Of a stretch of DNA of 54,485 nucleotides, positions 37,929 through 46,098 are shown piece after piece. The translations under genes were made by a program, and so were the position numbers. The first letter of the stretch is position 1; every line of letters starts with the position of its first letter. The stretch is taken from the IMG/VR virus record IMGVR_UViG_3300035698_034156; one strand, given 5' to 3'. The notes under the pieces are model-generated. The model was not told the DNA's origin. It worked only from the letters and a program-made list of their open reading frames with translations, and made no database searches. The DNA is from an uncultured virus (IMG/VR IMGVR_UViG_3300035698_034156) (Duplodnaviria; Heunggongvirae; Uroviricota; Caudoviricetes).

Positions 37929-38102
37929 ATGAATGAATGGAAAGATATAGATGAAAATGAAAAATTAAACAAAAAAAAGTTGGTAAAAGCATTAGTAAAA
38001 ACTCGGAATGATTTGTATGGTTATGGAATTAATGAAATGGGAAATTTTACAAATGCTTGGTTAATAAAAATTCTTGACGGGAAATTTGATGCAGAGGTCT
38101 GA
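37929..38102 (+). CDS. 57-aa hypothetical protein
   Basis: GGTGA RBS; MNEWKDIDENEK...; TGA lies inside tRNA-Asp. Confidence 0.5.
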   Translation: MNEWKDIDENEKLNKKKLVKALVKTRNDLYGYGINEMGNFTNAWLIKILDGKFDAEV

Positions 38103-38166
38103 TAGTCTAATGGTAGGATGGAAGGTTGTCAACTTTTCGGTGGGGGTTCGATTCCCCTTCAGACCG
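38096..38166 (+). tRNA. tRNA-Asp(GTC)
   Basis: Acceptor GGTCTGA/TCAGACC; G73; GTC anticodon. Confidence 0.87.
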
Positions 38167-38170
38167 TTAG

Positions 38171-38243
38171 GGGACTATAGTTTAATCGGATAGAGCATTC
38201 GCCTTCGAAGCGTGTAATTCGGGTTCGAGTCCTGATAGTTCCT
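38171..38243 (+). tRNA. tRNA-Arg(TCG)
   Basis: TTCGC-CT-TCG-AA-GCGTG; cloverleaf. Confidence 0.82.
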
Positions 38244-38245
38244 TT

Positions 38246-38317
38246 GGGATTGTGGCGCAATGGTAGCGTTTCCCGCTTATATCGGGAAGGTTGCAGGTTC
38301 GATTCCTGTCAGTCCCA
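38246..38317 (+). tRNA. tRNA-Ile(TAT) by anticodon; body nearly identical to tRNA-Val(TAC)
   Basis: TCCCG-CT-TAT-AT-CGGGA. Confidence 0.82.
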
Positions 38318-38387
38318 TTAAAAAGATGGTTTTAATATTATTAATAAAAAGAAGAAATTGGAGAAATTATAAGGTGTTTTAAAAAAT

Positions 38388-38522
38388 ATGGAAAAAAAGA
38401 AAGATAGTAAATATTATTTTAGTTCTGTTCCGACATATAGAAGTTTACCTCGAAATAGAATTACTTTAATTGACAGAAAAAAATTAGAAAAAATGTTTAA
38501 TGTTAGTATCAAGGACCTGTAG
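38388..38522 (+). CDS. 44-aa hypothetical protein
   Basis: MEKKKDSKYYFSS...; TAG lies inside tRNA-Lys. Confidence 0.4.
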   Translation: MEKKKDSKYYFSSVPTYRSLPRNRITLIDRKKLEKMFNVSIKDL

Positions 38523-38588
38523 CTCAGTTTGGTTTAGAGCAACGGACTCTTAATCCGTGTGCCGTGAGTTCAAATCTCATCAGGTTCG
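38513..38588 (+). tRNA. tRNA-Lys(CTT)
   Basis: ACGGA-CT-CTT-AA-TCCGT. Confidence 0.92.
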
Positions 38589-38591
38589 TTT

Positions 38592-38663
38592 GGGATTGTG
38601 GCTCAATGGTAGAGCTTTCCGTTTACATCGGAAGGGTTGCAGGTTCAATTCCTGTCAGTCCCA
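38592..38663 (+). tRNA. tRNA-Val(TAC)
   Basis: TTCCG-TT-TAC-AT-CGGAA. Confidence 0.9.
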
Positions 38664-38666
38664 TTT

Positions 38667-38741
38667 GGAGCTATAGCTCAGTTTGGATAGAGCATCGGAC
38701 TTCTAATCCGAGTGTCGCGGGTTCAAATCCTGTTAGCTTCG
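38667..38741 (+). tRNA. tRNA-Arg(TCT)
   Basis: TCGGA-CT-TCT-AA-TCCGA. Confidence 0.92.
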
Positions 38742-38745
38742 CTTT

Positions 38746-38821
38746 GGAAATGTAGCATAGTATGGTTTAGTGCACTCGGCTGTTAACCGAAAGACCGTAG
38801 GTTCGAATCCTACCGTTTCCG
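38746..38821 (+). tRNA. tRNA-Asn(GTT)
   Basis: CTCGG-CT-GTT-AA-CCGAA; G73. Confidence 0.9.
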
Positions 38822-38824
38822 TTT

Positions 38825-38900
38825 GGGATAATAGCATCAGTCTGGTTAATGTGCGCGGCTCCAAACCGTGAAATCGGCGGTTCGAATCCGTCTTATCCCA
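38825..38900 (+). tRNA. tRNA-Trp(CCA)
   Basis: CGCGG-CT-CCA-AA-CCGTG. Confidence 0.9.
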
Positions 38901-38903
38901 TTT

Positions 38904-38974
38904 GGAGATGTGGTGTAATGGACGCACACCTTGCTGAAGACGAGGAGGTTTAAGTTCAATTCTTGGCATCTCCA
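38904..38974 (+). tRNA. tRNA-Phe(GAA)
   Basis: CCTTG-CT-GAA-GA-CGAGG. Confidence 0.85.
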
Positions 38975-38985
38975 CTTTTGATTTT

Positions 38986-39025
38986 GTCTTATAAATAATA
39001 CATTTAAATAGATGATGTCTTATAA
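38986..39025 (+). promoter_or_regulatory. TATA promoter flanked by GTCYTATAA direct repeats
   Basis: GTCTTATAA-N8-TTTAAATA-N6-GTCTTATAA upstream of thg1. Confidence 0.7.
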
Positions 39026-39040
39026 TTATTTAAAGGTGAG

Positions 39041-39823
39041 ATGATGAAACTTGAAAGTCTTGAAGAAATGGAAAAATTTGAAGTTTATTCAAAAGATAAA
39101 ATATTGAATGACGCATATTTTTGTGTTAGAGTAGATGGCAGATGTTTTCACAATGAAGTCAAGAAAATGGGATTAAAAAGACCACTTGATAAAAAATTAA
39201 GACAAGCTATTATTTCCGCTTCTAAAGAAGTAATGAAAGATTTTAATTCTGTTTTCGCATACACTGAAAGTGATGAAGTTACTTTTTTCTTTGATAAAAA
39301 CATAGATTTGTTTGATAGACGACACGAAAAAATTTCAACATTAATTTCAGCAAAAATGTCAGCGGAATTTAATAAAACTAAATTTGGAATGTCATTAAAT
39401 TTTGTTCCTATTTTTGACGCAAGAGTATTGGTTTTGCCTAATAAAGAAATGGTAATAAAAAATTTCCAGTGGAGAAGTATGGATAGTCACAGAAATTGCA
39501 TTTCAACTTATTGTTTTTGGAATTTAGTTGATGTGTTGAAATTAAATCCGAAAAATGCTCAAAAAGAATTAGATGGTAAAGGAGATTCGTATAAAAATGA
39601 ATTGTTATTTTCTAAGTTTGATATTAATTATAATGATATTCCTGCTTGGGAAAGAAAAGGGGATATGATTTATTGGGAAAAAATTGAAAAACAAGGTTAT
39701 AATCCTATTAAAAAAGAGAAAGTGGTTGTATCAAGGAAAAAACTTGTAGCTGAAGCAGTTACAGTTCCGTTTAGAAGGGATAATTTAAAAGATTGGATAA
39801 ATAAAGGGATAAAAGTATTGTAA
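39041..39823 (+). CDS. thg1: tRNA(His) guanylyltransferase / Thg1-like 3'-5' polymerase
   Basis: RVDGRCFH, YTESDE, FDARV, WR.MD..RN, IN.NDIPAW..KG. Confidence 0.92.
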   Translation: MMKLESLEEMEKFEVYSKDKILNDAYFCVRVDGRCFHNEVKKMGLKRPLDKKLRQAIISASKEVMKDFNSVFAYTESDEVTFFFDKNIDLFDRRHEKISTLISAKMSAEFNKTKFGMSLNFVPIFDARVLVLPNKEMVIKNFQWRSMDSHRNCISTYCFWNLVDVLKLNPKNAQKELDGKGDSYKNELLFSKFDINYNDIPAWERKGDMIYWEKIEKQGYNPIKKEKVVVSRKKLVAEAVTVPFRRDNLKDWINKGIKVL

Positions 39824-39828
39824 CGGCT

Positions 39829-39869
39829 GTCTTATAAACAATACATTTAAATAGATATTTGTCCTATAA
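39829..39869 (+). promoter_or_regulatory. TATA promoter flanked by GTCYTATAA repeats
   Basis: Same architecture; the ATG at 39878 fits a leaderless transcript. Confidence 0.7.
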
Positions 39870-39877
39870 CATATAAT

Positions 39878-40111
39878 ATGAACACGGAAAGAATTTGTGA
39901 AGGTTGTGAAAAAAACAAAAGTGAGATGCTTGTAAATATGCCTCTTTCACAAGGTTTATTTACTGCGAATCTTTGTATGAACTGTGGATTTATTATTCAT
40001 GAAAGTTCAGAATTATTTATAAAAATTATAAATAAAAGAGCGAAAGAAAGAAATATTTTATTACCTTGTTCAAATGAGGATTTTAAAATTTTGTTAGTTG
40101 GTTTAAAATGA
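39878..40111 (+). CDS. Zinc-finger hypothetical protein
   Basis: CEGC...CMNC. Confidence 0.6.
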   Translation: MNTERICEGCEKNKSEMLVNMPLSQGLFTANLCMNCGFIIHESSELFIKIINKRAKERNILLPCSNEDFKILLVGLK

Positions 40112-40246
40112 CTGATTTCCCGTGGATTGGAATTGTTGTTGGTTTAGCTTTTGTTGGTGGTTCTGGTAGAACAGTTACAGAAAGAGCGCGTGGAGAAGAA
40201 ATTATTTCAGAGATGAAAAAAGAGTTAGGTTGGGAGGATTAAAATC

Positions 40247-40288
40247 GTCTTATAAACCAATGTATTTAAATACACATTTGTCTTATAA
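40247..40288 (+). promoter_or_regulatory. TATA promoter flanked by GTCTTATAA repeats
   Basis: Same architecture; leaderless ATG at 40296. Confidence 0.7.
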
Positions 40289-40295
40289 CATCTTA

Positions 40296-40619
40296 ATGGC
40301 TTTACCGATTGAACCAACTCCAACTTTGTATGGGGAAGATGCATTACGTTTCTTGAAAAAAATGCACGAAAAGAAAAAGTTGTCGAAAATCGATAAAAGA
40401 TTGTTGGAAGATTGTGGTAAAACATATTTGAAAATAAAAGATGAAACAAGAGAAGATGAAATAAAAAAAGAATGTATTGATTTTGGGCACTGGCTTGTTA
40501 ATACAACAACAAATTTTCTTTTATCAAATGTTAAAATAACCGATGATAACTATTTTACAAAAACATGGGTTGAACAAAAATATGAACAGTATAAGAGGGA
40601 TTTAAATGGAATGGACTAA
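40296..40619 (+). CDS. Hypothetical protein with an antitoxin-like N-terminus
   Basis: MALPIEPTPTLYGEDALRFL; start reassigned from the promoter spacing. Confidence 0.55.
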   Translation: MALPIEPTPTLYGEDALRFLKKMHEKKKLSKIDKRLLEDCGKTYLKIKDETREDEIKKECIDFGHWLVNTTTNFLLSNVKITDDNYFTKTWVEQKYEQYKRDLNGMD

Positions 40620-40827
40620 AAATATTCGTGAAACTGGATTAATAGAATGGGTTTGTGAACATGGTATTGGACACCCTGATGAAAAAAGCGCTGAAAGAAT
40701 AGCAAATATTCATAAAGAATGGAAAGATGGAAGTTGCACAAAAGAAGACGCAATCAGTGCGTGGAGAATACACGGCTGTGATGGATGTTGTGGTAGAGAT
40801 GATTTTCCAGGCAAAAGGGTTGATTAA
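40606..40827 (+). CDS. Phage-type Cys/His protein
   Basis: EWVCEHGIGHPD...HGCDGCC. Confidence 0.65.
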   Translation: MEWTKNIRETGLIEWVCEHGIGHPDEKSAERIANIHKEWKDGSCTKEDAISAWRIHGCDGCCGRDDFPGKRVD

Positions 40828-40949
40828 AGTGGTCGGTTGGTTTGAAGTTCCTTTAAGGGAAGGTTGTTGTTATCTTGGAGAAAAGATAAAAAGAGAAGAA
40901 AAAAGAAAAAAAGAAGAATTAAAGAAAAAAAATATATTGGTGAAAAAGA

Positions 40950-41237
40950 ATGGGAGATAGATGGGATTTAGATTTAGATTGCGCTTATTGTGGACATAAA
41001 CAAAGTATGTGGTACGCTCCTACTTGTGGTTCTGATACTTTTAAGTGTAAAAAATGTGGTAAAAATAACTTTATTACTATTGGATTTGAAGCTAAAAAAA
41101 TAGAGGACATTACTCTTGATGATGTAATTGAAGGTTTTGAAGAATCAACTAATGTTTCATGGGAAAAGAATAAAATTAAAGAAATGTGTCAAGAAAGATT
41201 AAAAGAATTAAGGAGTGATGAAATTGTTACAAATTAA
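40950..41237 (+). CDS. Zinc-ribbon protein
   Basis: CAYCG...CKKCG. Confidence 0.6.
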   Translation: MGDRWDLDLDCAYCGHKQSMWYAPTCGSDTFKCKKCGKNNFITIGFEAKKIEDITLDDVIEGFEESTNVSWEKNKIKEMCQERLKELRSDEIVTN

Positions 41238-41556
41238 ATTTTCACACAAAAATTATCGAAAGTTTTATTTAAAAGATGCGAAAATTGAAAATAATGATAT
41301 GGTTAATTTGGTAGGTGTTTCTGTTTGTAATATTGATGATTTGCCAGAGGATTTTAAATATTTTGATGCGAATTATGGAACAGAAGATGAACCAGAGTAT
41401 TATCCTTTACCAAAAGGTAAAGTAATAGTATTATTTTTTTGGTATGATGATTTATTTCCAACTATTCGAAGATGGACTCCAAAAAAAGAAGAATATTATA
41501 AAGAATCTATAGGAAAAGAATTTTTGATTAATATTAAGGAAGGTGGATTGAAGTGA
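41218..41556 (+). CDS. Hypothetical protein
   Basis: IKFSH...FPTIRRWTPKKEEYY; GGAGTG RBS. Confidence 0.6.
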   Translation: MKLLQIKFSHKNYRKFYLKDAKIENNDMVNLVGVSVCNIDDLPEDFKYFDANYGTEDEPEYYPLPKGKVIVLFFWYDDLFPTIRRWTPKKEEYYKESIGKEFLINIKEGGLK

Positions 41557-41948
41557 AGTTTTTTTTGTTGGTTGTGATTTTTTGTTTGTTTGTTATTTCT
41601 GTTCAAGCAAGCGGTTTAACTGGAAGATACGATGTTACGGCGAATACACAATTTCGTTGTAGGTTTGTTGGTGGAGATTGGTGGATTCAGAGGTATTTTC
41701 CACATAATAAATACTGGAGTGGTGTGGAAAAATGTTTTTATGGTTGTGATTATGCGACTAAAAAGTGTTATTCTCCGAGTATAAGAACTTACAGAAAACA
41801 AGTGGATTCAGTTAATACATTTATCTACAATTTGAGATTTACTCCTAATTGGAGTCCAACTCCGAGAGTTTACACTCCAAGAGTTCAATACACTCCAAGA
41901 GTTCAATACACTCCATCAAATACTGTCAGGATTTATTATCGTAATTAA
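41553..41948 (+). CDS. Secreted Cys-containing protein (paralog of 31107..31544) with TPRV(Q)Y repeats
   Basis: Signal peptide; near-identical core; 15-18-bp tandem repeats at ~41859-41915. Confidence 0.75.
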   Translation: MKFFLLVVIFCLFVISVQASGLTGRYDVTANTQFRCRFVGGDWWIQRYFPHNKYWSGVEKCFYGCDYATKKCYSPSIRTYRKQVDSVNTFIYNLRFTPNWSPTPRVYTPRVQYTPRVQYTPSNTVRIYYRN

Positions 41949-42113
41949 TATGAAAAAAGGTGATTAAATGGATTATGATGAACTCAAAGAAAAAGTTAAA
42001 GAGTATGTTTTAGAAAATTTTGGGTGTCGTTGTCCAGATTATTATGCAGATTGTCCGACTTGTCAAGCCTGGGACGCGTTTGACGAATTATTTGTAAAAT
42101 GAAAGGTGATATA

Positions 42114-42992
42114 ATGATAAAATGCAATGAACAAATTATGGAAAAATTTTCTGAAAGACTTAAAACAGACGGAATGTCGGATAAAACGATTAAAGCGTAC
42201 ACATTTTATGTTGGTCATTTACTTGACCCATCAGAGAAAAAGTATAGTGAAATAACGCAGGAAGATATTGAAAATTACAGAACTAAATTAAGACAAGTGG
42301 GGTTATCAGGAAAACCTATCAAAATCAATTCTTTGAAGATGGTTATTTCTGCTTTAAGAGCGTTTTACGAAGATTTTTTGGATATGCCAGGATTAATACG
42401 TAAAAAGAAACTGAAAGGGGAAAAAACAGAAGTCGGAGATAAAATATTATCTCTTTCAGATATTAAAAATATAGTAAAAAACGCTAAAACCGAACTTGAT
42501 AGAACAATGGTAATGTTAGGTTATTCAGCTGGGTTAAGAGTGGATGAAGTTTGTCATCTTAAAAATCAAGATATTGATATGGTTAATGGTAAAGTTTTAA
42601 TCAGAGAAGGAAAAGGTAAAAAAACAGCTTCAGTTAATATTCCAAAATCTGTTGTAACGCAAATTAAACTTTATAAAAATTCAAAGGAATATCATGAAAC
42701 AGATTATTTATTTTCGTATTTTTCGGCAAATGAAAATAAGCGCAAACCTTATTATATGAAAAAGATTCAAAGAATGTTTACAAAACTATTGTTAGATTCA
42801 GGTCTTAGTAAAATGTATAATTTTCATATGCTAAGACATTCTATTGCAAGTCATTTGTTAGCTCGAGGATGGAATATTGATGAGGTTAGAAAACATTTAA
42901 GACATGGAAATATTCAAACTACGTCAATTTATGTTCACACAGTAACGAACGCAGTTAAAGAAAAAGGACATCCAATGGATAAGTTGGTTTAA
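42114..42992 (+). CDS. Tyrosine recombinase/integrase (Xer-like)
   Basis: GLRVDE, GKGKK, HMLRHS, LRHGNIQTTSIY (R-K-H-R-H-Y). Confidence 0.93.
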   Translation: MIKCNEQIMEKFSERLKTDGMSDKTIKAYTFYVGHLLDPSEKKYSEITQEDIENYRTKLRQVGLSGKPIKINSLKMVISALRAFYEDFLDMPGLIRKKKLKGEKTEVGDKILSLSDIKNIVKNAKTELDRTMVMLGYSAGLRVDEVCHLKNQDIDMVNGKVLIREGKGKKTASVNIPKSVVTQIKLYKNSKEYHETDYLFSYFSANENKRKPYYMKKIQRMFTKLLLDSGLSKMYNFHMLRHSIASHLLARGWNIDEVRKHLRHGNIQTTSIYVHTVTNAVKEKGHPMDKLV

Positions 42993-42993
42993 T

Positions 42994-43596
42994 ATGGAAA
43001 AAGAAAAAAAAGAAAAGGTAAAAGTACCAAATGCTGTAAAACTTTCTTTCGTTGTATTATTCATAAACGTAATTTTAATGTTTTTTATGCTGTTTTTTGC
43101 AGCGAGAATACTTGACCCAATCGAAGTTAATGTAATAAAACATGCAAATGTCAATGGGTATAACTATTCTGATTTAAATGACTATTTTTTAGAAAGTTAT
43201 CCTAATGAAGTGTTGCTTTGTATTTATGGTTATCAGGAAGATGAAAATTGGGTTATAACCAGTATTGAAAAGGCTGATATGGAATATCAAAGCAAAACCA
43301 CAGTTTTAGGTGATTGCGGATTAAACGCTATTGGAACTATTCATAGTCATCCTAATTCTGTTTGTATTCCTTCGAAAGCTGATGACTGGTATTATTATAC
43401 AAATTATATTTTACGAAACTATAAATTAAATGGAATAATTTGTGGGAAAGAAGGAGGTTTATTTAATGGTATGTGGTGGATGGAATCAAAGGAATATATA
43501 AATGAAAATGAAGATTTGGACTTTATAATTAATCAGAAAAAAGCTAACAGTATTTTATATAATGCGTTAAGAACAATTAATCCAAAGGAGGAATAA
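42994..43596 (+). CDS. Membrane-anchored JAB/MPN metalloprotease-like protein
   Basis: N-terminal TM; PNE...IGTIHSHPN...PSKADD (JAMM E...HxH...SxxD). Confidence 0.75.
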   Translation: MEKEKKEKVKVPNAVKLSFVVLFINVILMFFMLFFAARILDPIEVNVIKHANVNGYNYSDLNDYFLESYPNEVLLCIYGYQEDENWVITSIEKADMEYQSKTTVLGDCGLNAIGTIHSHPNSVCIPSKADDWYYYTNYILRNYKLNGIICGKEGGLFNGMWWMESKEYINENEDLDFIINQKKANSILYNALRTINPKEE

Positions 43597-43598
43597 AA

Positions 43599-43967
43599 AT
43601 GTCGTCATCGGAAAAAATTCAGATAGAAAAACAAAGAACTAAACAAGAAGAAGAACTATCTCATCAAAAATCGTGTACAACAATAGATACAATAATTAAA
43701 TCTTTAGCAATATTGCTAATTTGTATATTTGCAATATCGCCTGTTGTAATGAATTTTGATAACAATAATGTAATAAGAGAAACACACGAAGGGAAGATTT
43801 GCACAGTAAAACTCACAGGAAATGTAAGCAATTCATTCATAGAAGATATGAATATTGAATCAAATTCAAGAAACAAAGATAATTCAATTGATATATCTTA
43901 TGAAATACCGTGCAGTCAAATCAAAGATACAGTATTACCATCTAATGTGTTACAGGAACTAAAATGA
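43599..43967 (+). CDS. Single-TM hypothetical protein
   Basis: Hydrophobic helix plus a Cys pair. Confidence 0.6.
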   Translation: MSSSEKIQIEKQRTKQEEELSHQKSCTTIDTIIKSLAILLICIFAISPVVMNFDNNNVIRETHEGKICTVKLTGNVSNSFIEDMNIESNSRNKDNSIDISYEIPCSQIKDTVLPSNVLQELK

Positions 43968-44494
43968 ATAAAAAAATTTCCTACGTTAGTTTATTTACTT
44001 TCGTAGGGATTTTAATTTTTTTTTCACAAGGATACGCATCCCAACCGTTTATTCCAGAAGAAGAGGATTTAAATTATATTAATTCACTGGAAAATTTATT
44101 AAATAAAGAAATTTCTTTGTTTGATGGAGAAGTAATAATGACATTAAAAAAAGCAGATATTCAAGTTGGTCAACATTTAGAAAAAATAAATAAATTAAAT
44201 GAAAATGAAAATTTTACATTTAAAGCAGGAGAAGAATATTTTATAACTACTGATGATTCTGGTAATTACTATGGTAATGGAATGGTTATAGTAATGGATT
44301 ATAATACTTCAGTATATGAATCCATTGATGTAATTCCATCTAATGATGGTGCAGGAAATATTTCATTAACTATGACATTACAAGATTTAGAAAGTGGAGA
44401 ATCAGCTCACGCAGATGTTGAAGTGAGAATTTATGGAAATGAACCAAAACCAACAAAAGAATCAGAAGAAACATTTACTGTATATTACCAATAA
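43964..44494 (+). CDS. Secreted or membrane hypothetical protein
   Basis: N-terminal signal-like segment. Confidence 0.6.
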   Translation: MNKKISYVSLFTFVGILIFFSQGYASQPFIPEEEDLNYINSLENLLNKEISLFDGEVIMTLKKADIQVGQHLEKINKLNENENFTFKAGEEYFITTDDSGNYYGNGMVIVMDYNTSVYESIDVIPSNDGAGNISLTMTLQDLESGESAHADVEVRIYGNEPKPTKESEETFTVYYQ

Positions 44495-45545
44495 TAAATA
44501 TTTAATTCTTTTTATTATTTTGTTATTCGCAACAGGATTGCGTTTATATAACTTAAATGAAAAAGAGATTGGTGTTGATGAAGCAGTAACAATAGAACAA
44601 ATTCAAATGAATTACCCTGATTTAATGGAATCACTTGAAAAAGATGCACATCCACCGTTATATTATTGGATTAGTTCTTTATTAGCAAATTTTGGGTTGT
44701 TTGCGGTTAAATTGTTCTCGGTTTTTTGTGGTATTGGCATAATTTTAGTGTCATGGTTAATTGTCCGACAAATTACGAAAAGTGTCCGACAGGCGCACAT
44801 TTTGGCAATTTTATTGACATTAAATCCATTGCTTATAGCTTATTCACAGCATTTAAGGTCTTATTCTTTCTTTGCGCTTCTCTTTATCATAGGTGTTTAC
44901 TCGATTTTGTCTAGGAATAAGTGGCATCTTTTGACTAATGTTTTGATGATTTTAACTCATTACATTGGTTTTGTTGTTATTATAGGTCAATTATTTTACT
45001 TTGGTTTGTTTGAAAAAGATAAAAAAGAACTTATTGAATCAGCTATGTCAGGAGTTGTTGGTTTAGTATTGATATTATCCCAATTATTAGCAAACTTTGC
45101 TTTGGTTTCAAATAAAGTTTATACTCAAAAAGGGTTAATGGATATACTTTACACATTTTATAAATTCATGTTTGGTGCAAATATTTCAACTATTATTTCT
45201 ATGGGATTTTACTTTATTATTATTACATTATTTGCAGGATTACTTCTTTTATACGCTTTTTATATTGGATATAAAAAATCAGTTATAAAACGAGAATTAA
45301 TGGTTTTAGGAATGATACCGTTTTGCGTAGCATTCATCATATCTTTAATTTTCCCATCAATGTTTTATTTCAGATATTTCTTATTTGTTTTACCGCTTTT
45401 ATTTATTCCTGTAGCTGAATTTATTGATAAAAAATATCCAACTGCCTTTTTCTTTTTATTTTTATTATTTGTTTGGATTTGTATATTATTAAATTATTAT
45501 CAAATTATTCTTTTACCAGATTGGAATATGTTTTTTGGGTTATAA
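44433..45545 (+). CDS. GT-C fold glycosyltransferase (GT39/PMT/ArnT-like)
   Basis: Multi-TM; LRLYNL...GVDEA, HPPLYY, RSYS, THY motifs. Confidence 0.85.
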   Translation: MEMNQNQQKNQKKHLLYITNNKYLILFIILLFATGLRLYNLNEKEIGVDEAVTIEQIQMNYPDLMESLEKDAHPPLYYWISSLLANFGLFAVKLFSVFCGIGIILVSWLIVRQITKSVRQAHILAILLTLNPLLIAYSQHLRSYSFFALLFIIGVYSILSRNKWHLLTNVLMILTHYIGFVVIIGQLFYFGLFEKDKKELIESAMSGVVGLVLILSQLLANFALVSNKVYTQKGLMDILYTFYKFMFGANISTIISMGFYFIIITLFAGLLLLYAFYIGYKKSVIKRELMVLGMIPFCVAFIISLIFPSMFYFRYFLFVLPLLFIPVAEFIDKKYPTAFFFLFLLFVWICILLNYYQIILLPDWNMFFGL

Positions 45546-45546
45546 T

Positions 45547-46095
45547 ATGAAAGTTTTGATGCATTACAATGGAGCATATTCAAAAGAAGCTGGTGTTTGC
45601 AGTATTGTTTTAGGGTTAGGAAAAGTGCTTGAAGATAAAGTTGATGTTGATTATGTTTTTGGTTATAATTCTCCGAAATCATATCTTTCAAATTTGAGCA
45701 ATAAATTACACATTTTACATCATACTCCAATAACGTCTTTGTTATTTGCTAAATGGATGATTGGAAAAGAATTTGATTTTGTTCATTCGCATACTCCTGA
45801 AACAGCTTTTGATGCGGTTATTGCACGAATTTTATTAAGGAAAAAGTATTCTGTGGTTGTTCATTTACACGGATTAGATAAAATGGTTAGGAAGGAATGG
45901 AAAAAAGAAGTTGAAAATGGAAACACTAATTATAATATTATTACGGATTTGTATTTTTTATGTTCCATATTTAAAGGTTGGTTTGCTATGAAGTTAGGGA
46001 ATTCTTTTGTTTGTGTGTCAAACAGTGTGAAAAAAGAAGCAAAACAAGCTTATAATGTAGATTCGGATGTATTACTAAATAGGAATTACAAATAG
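45547..46095 (+). CDS. GT4 glycosyltransferase, N-terminal domain only
   Basis: FDFVHSH, VVVHLHG, VCVSNSVK; stops at the interdomain linker. Confidence 0.7.
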   Translation: MKVLMHYNGAYSKEAGVCSIVLGLGKVLEDKVDVDYVFGYNSPKSYLSNLSNKLHILHHTPITSLLFAKWMIGKEFDFVHSHTPETAFDAVIARILLRKKYSVVVHLHGLDKMVRKEWKKEVENGNTNYNIITDLYFLCSIFKGWFAMKLGNSFVCVSNSVKKEAKQAYNVDSDVLLNRNYK

Positions 46096-46098
46096 AAA

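Noticed and set aside
38564..38975. ORFs 38564..38755 (+) and 38733..38975 (-)
   Set aside because: They overlap tRNA genes entirely.
42114..42992. Defined prophage boundary at the integrase
   Set aside because: No att pair or shift to host-like gene content can be located; the recombinase may instead resolve dimers.
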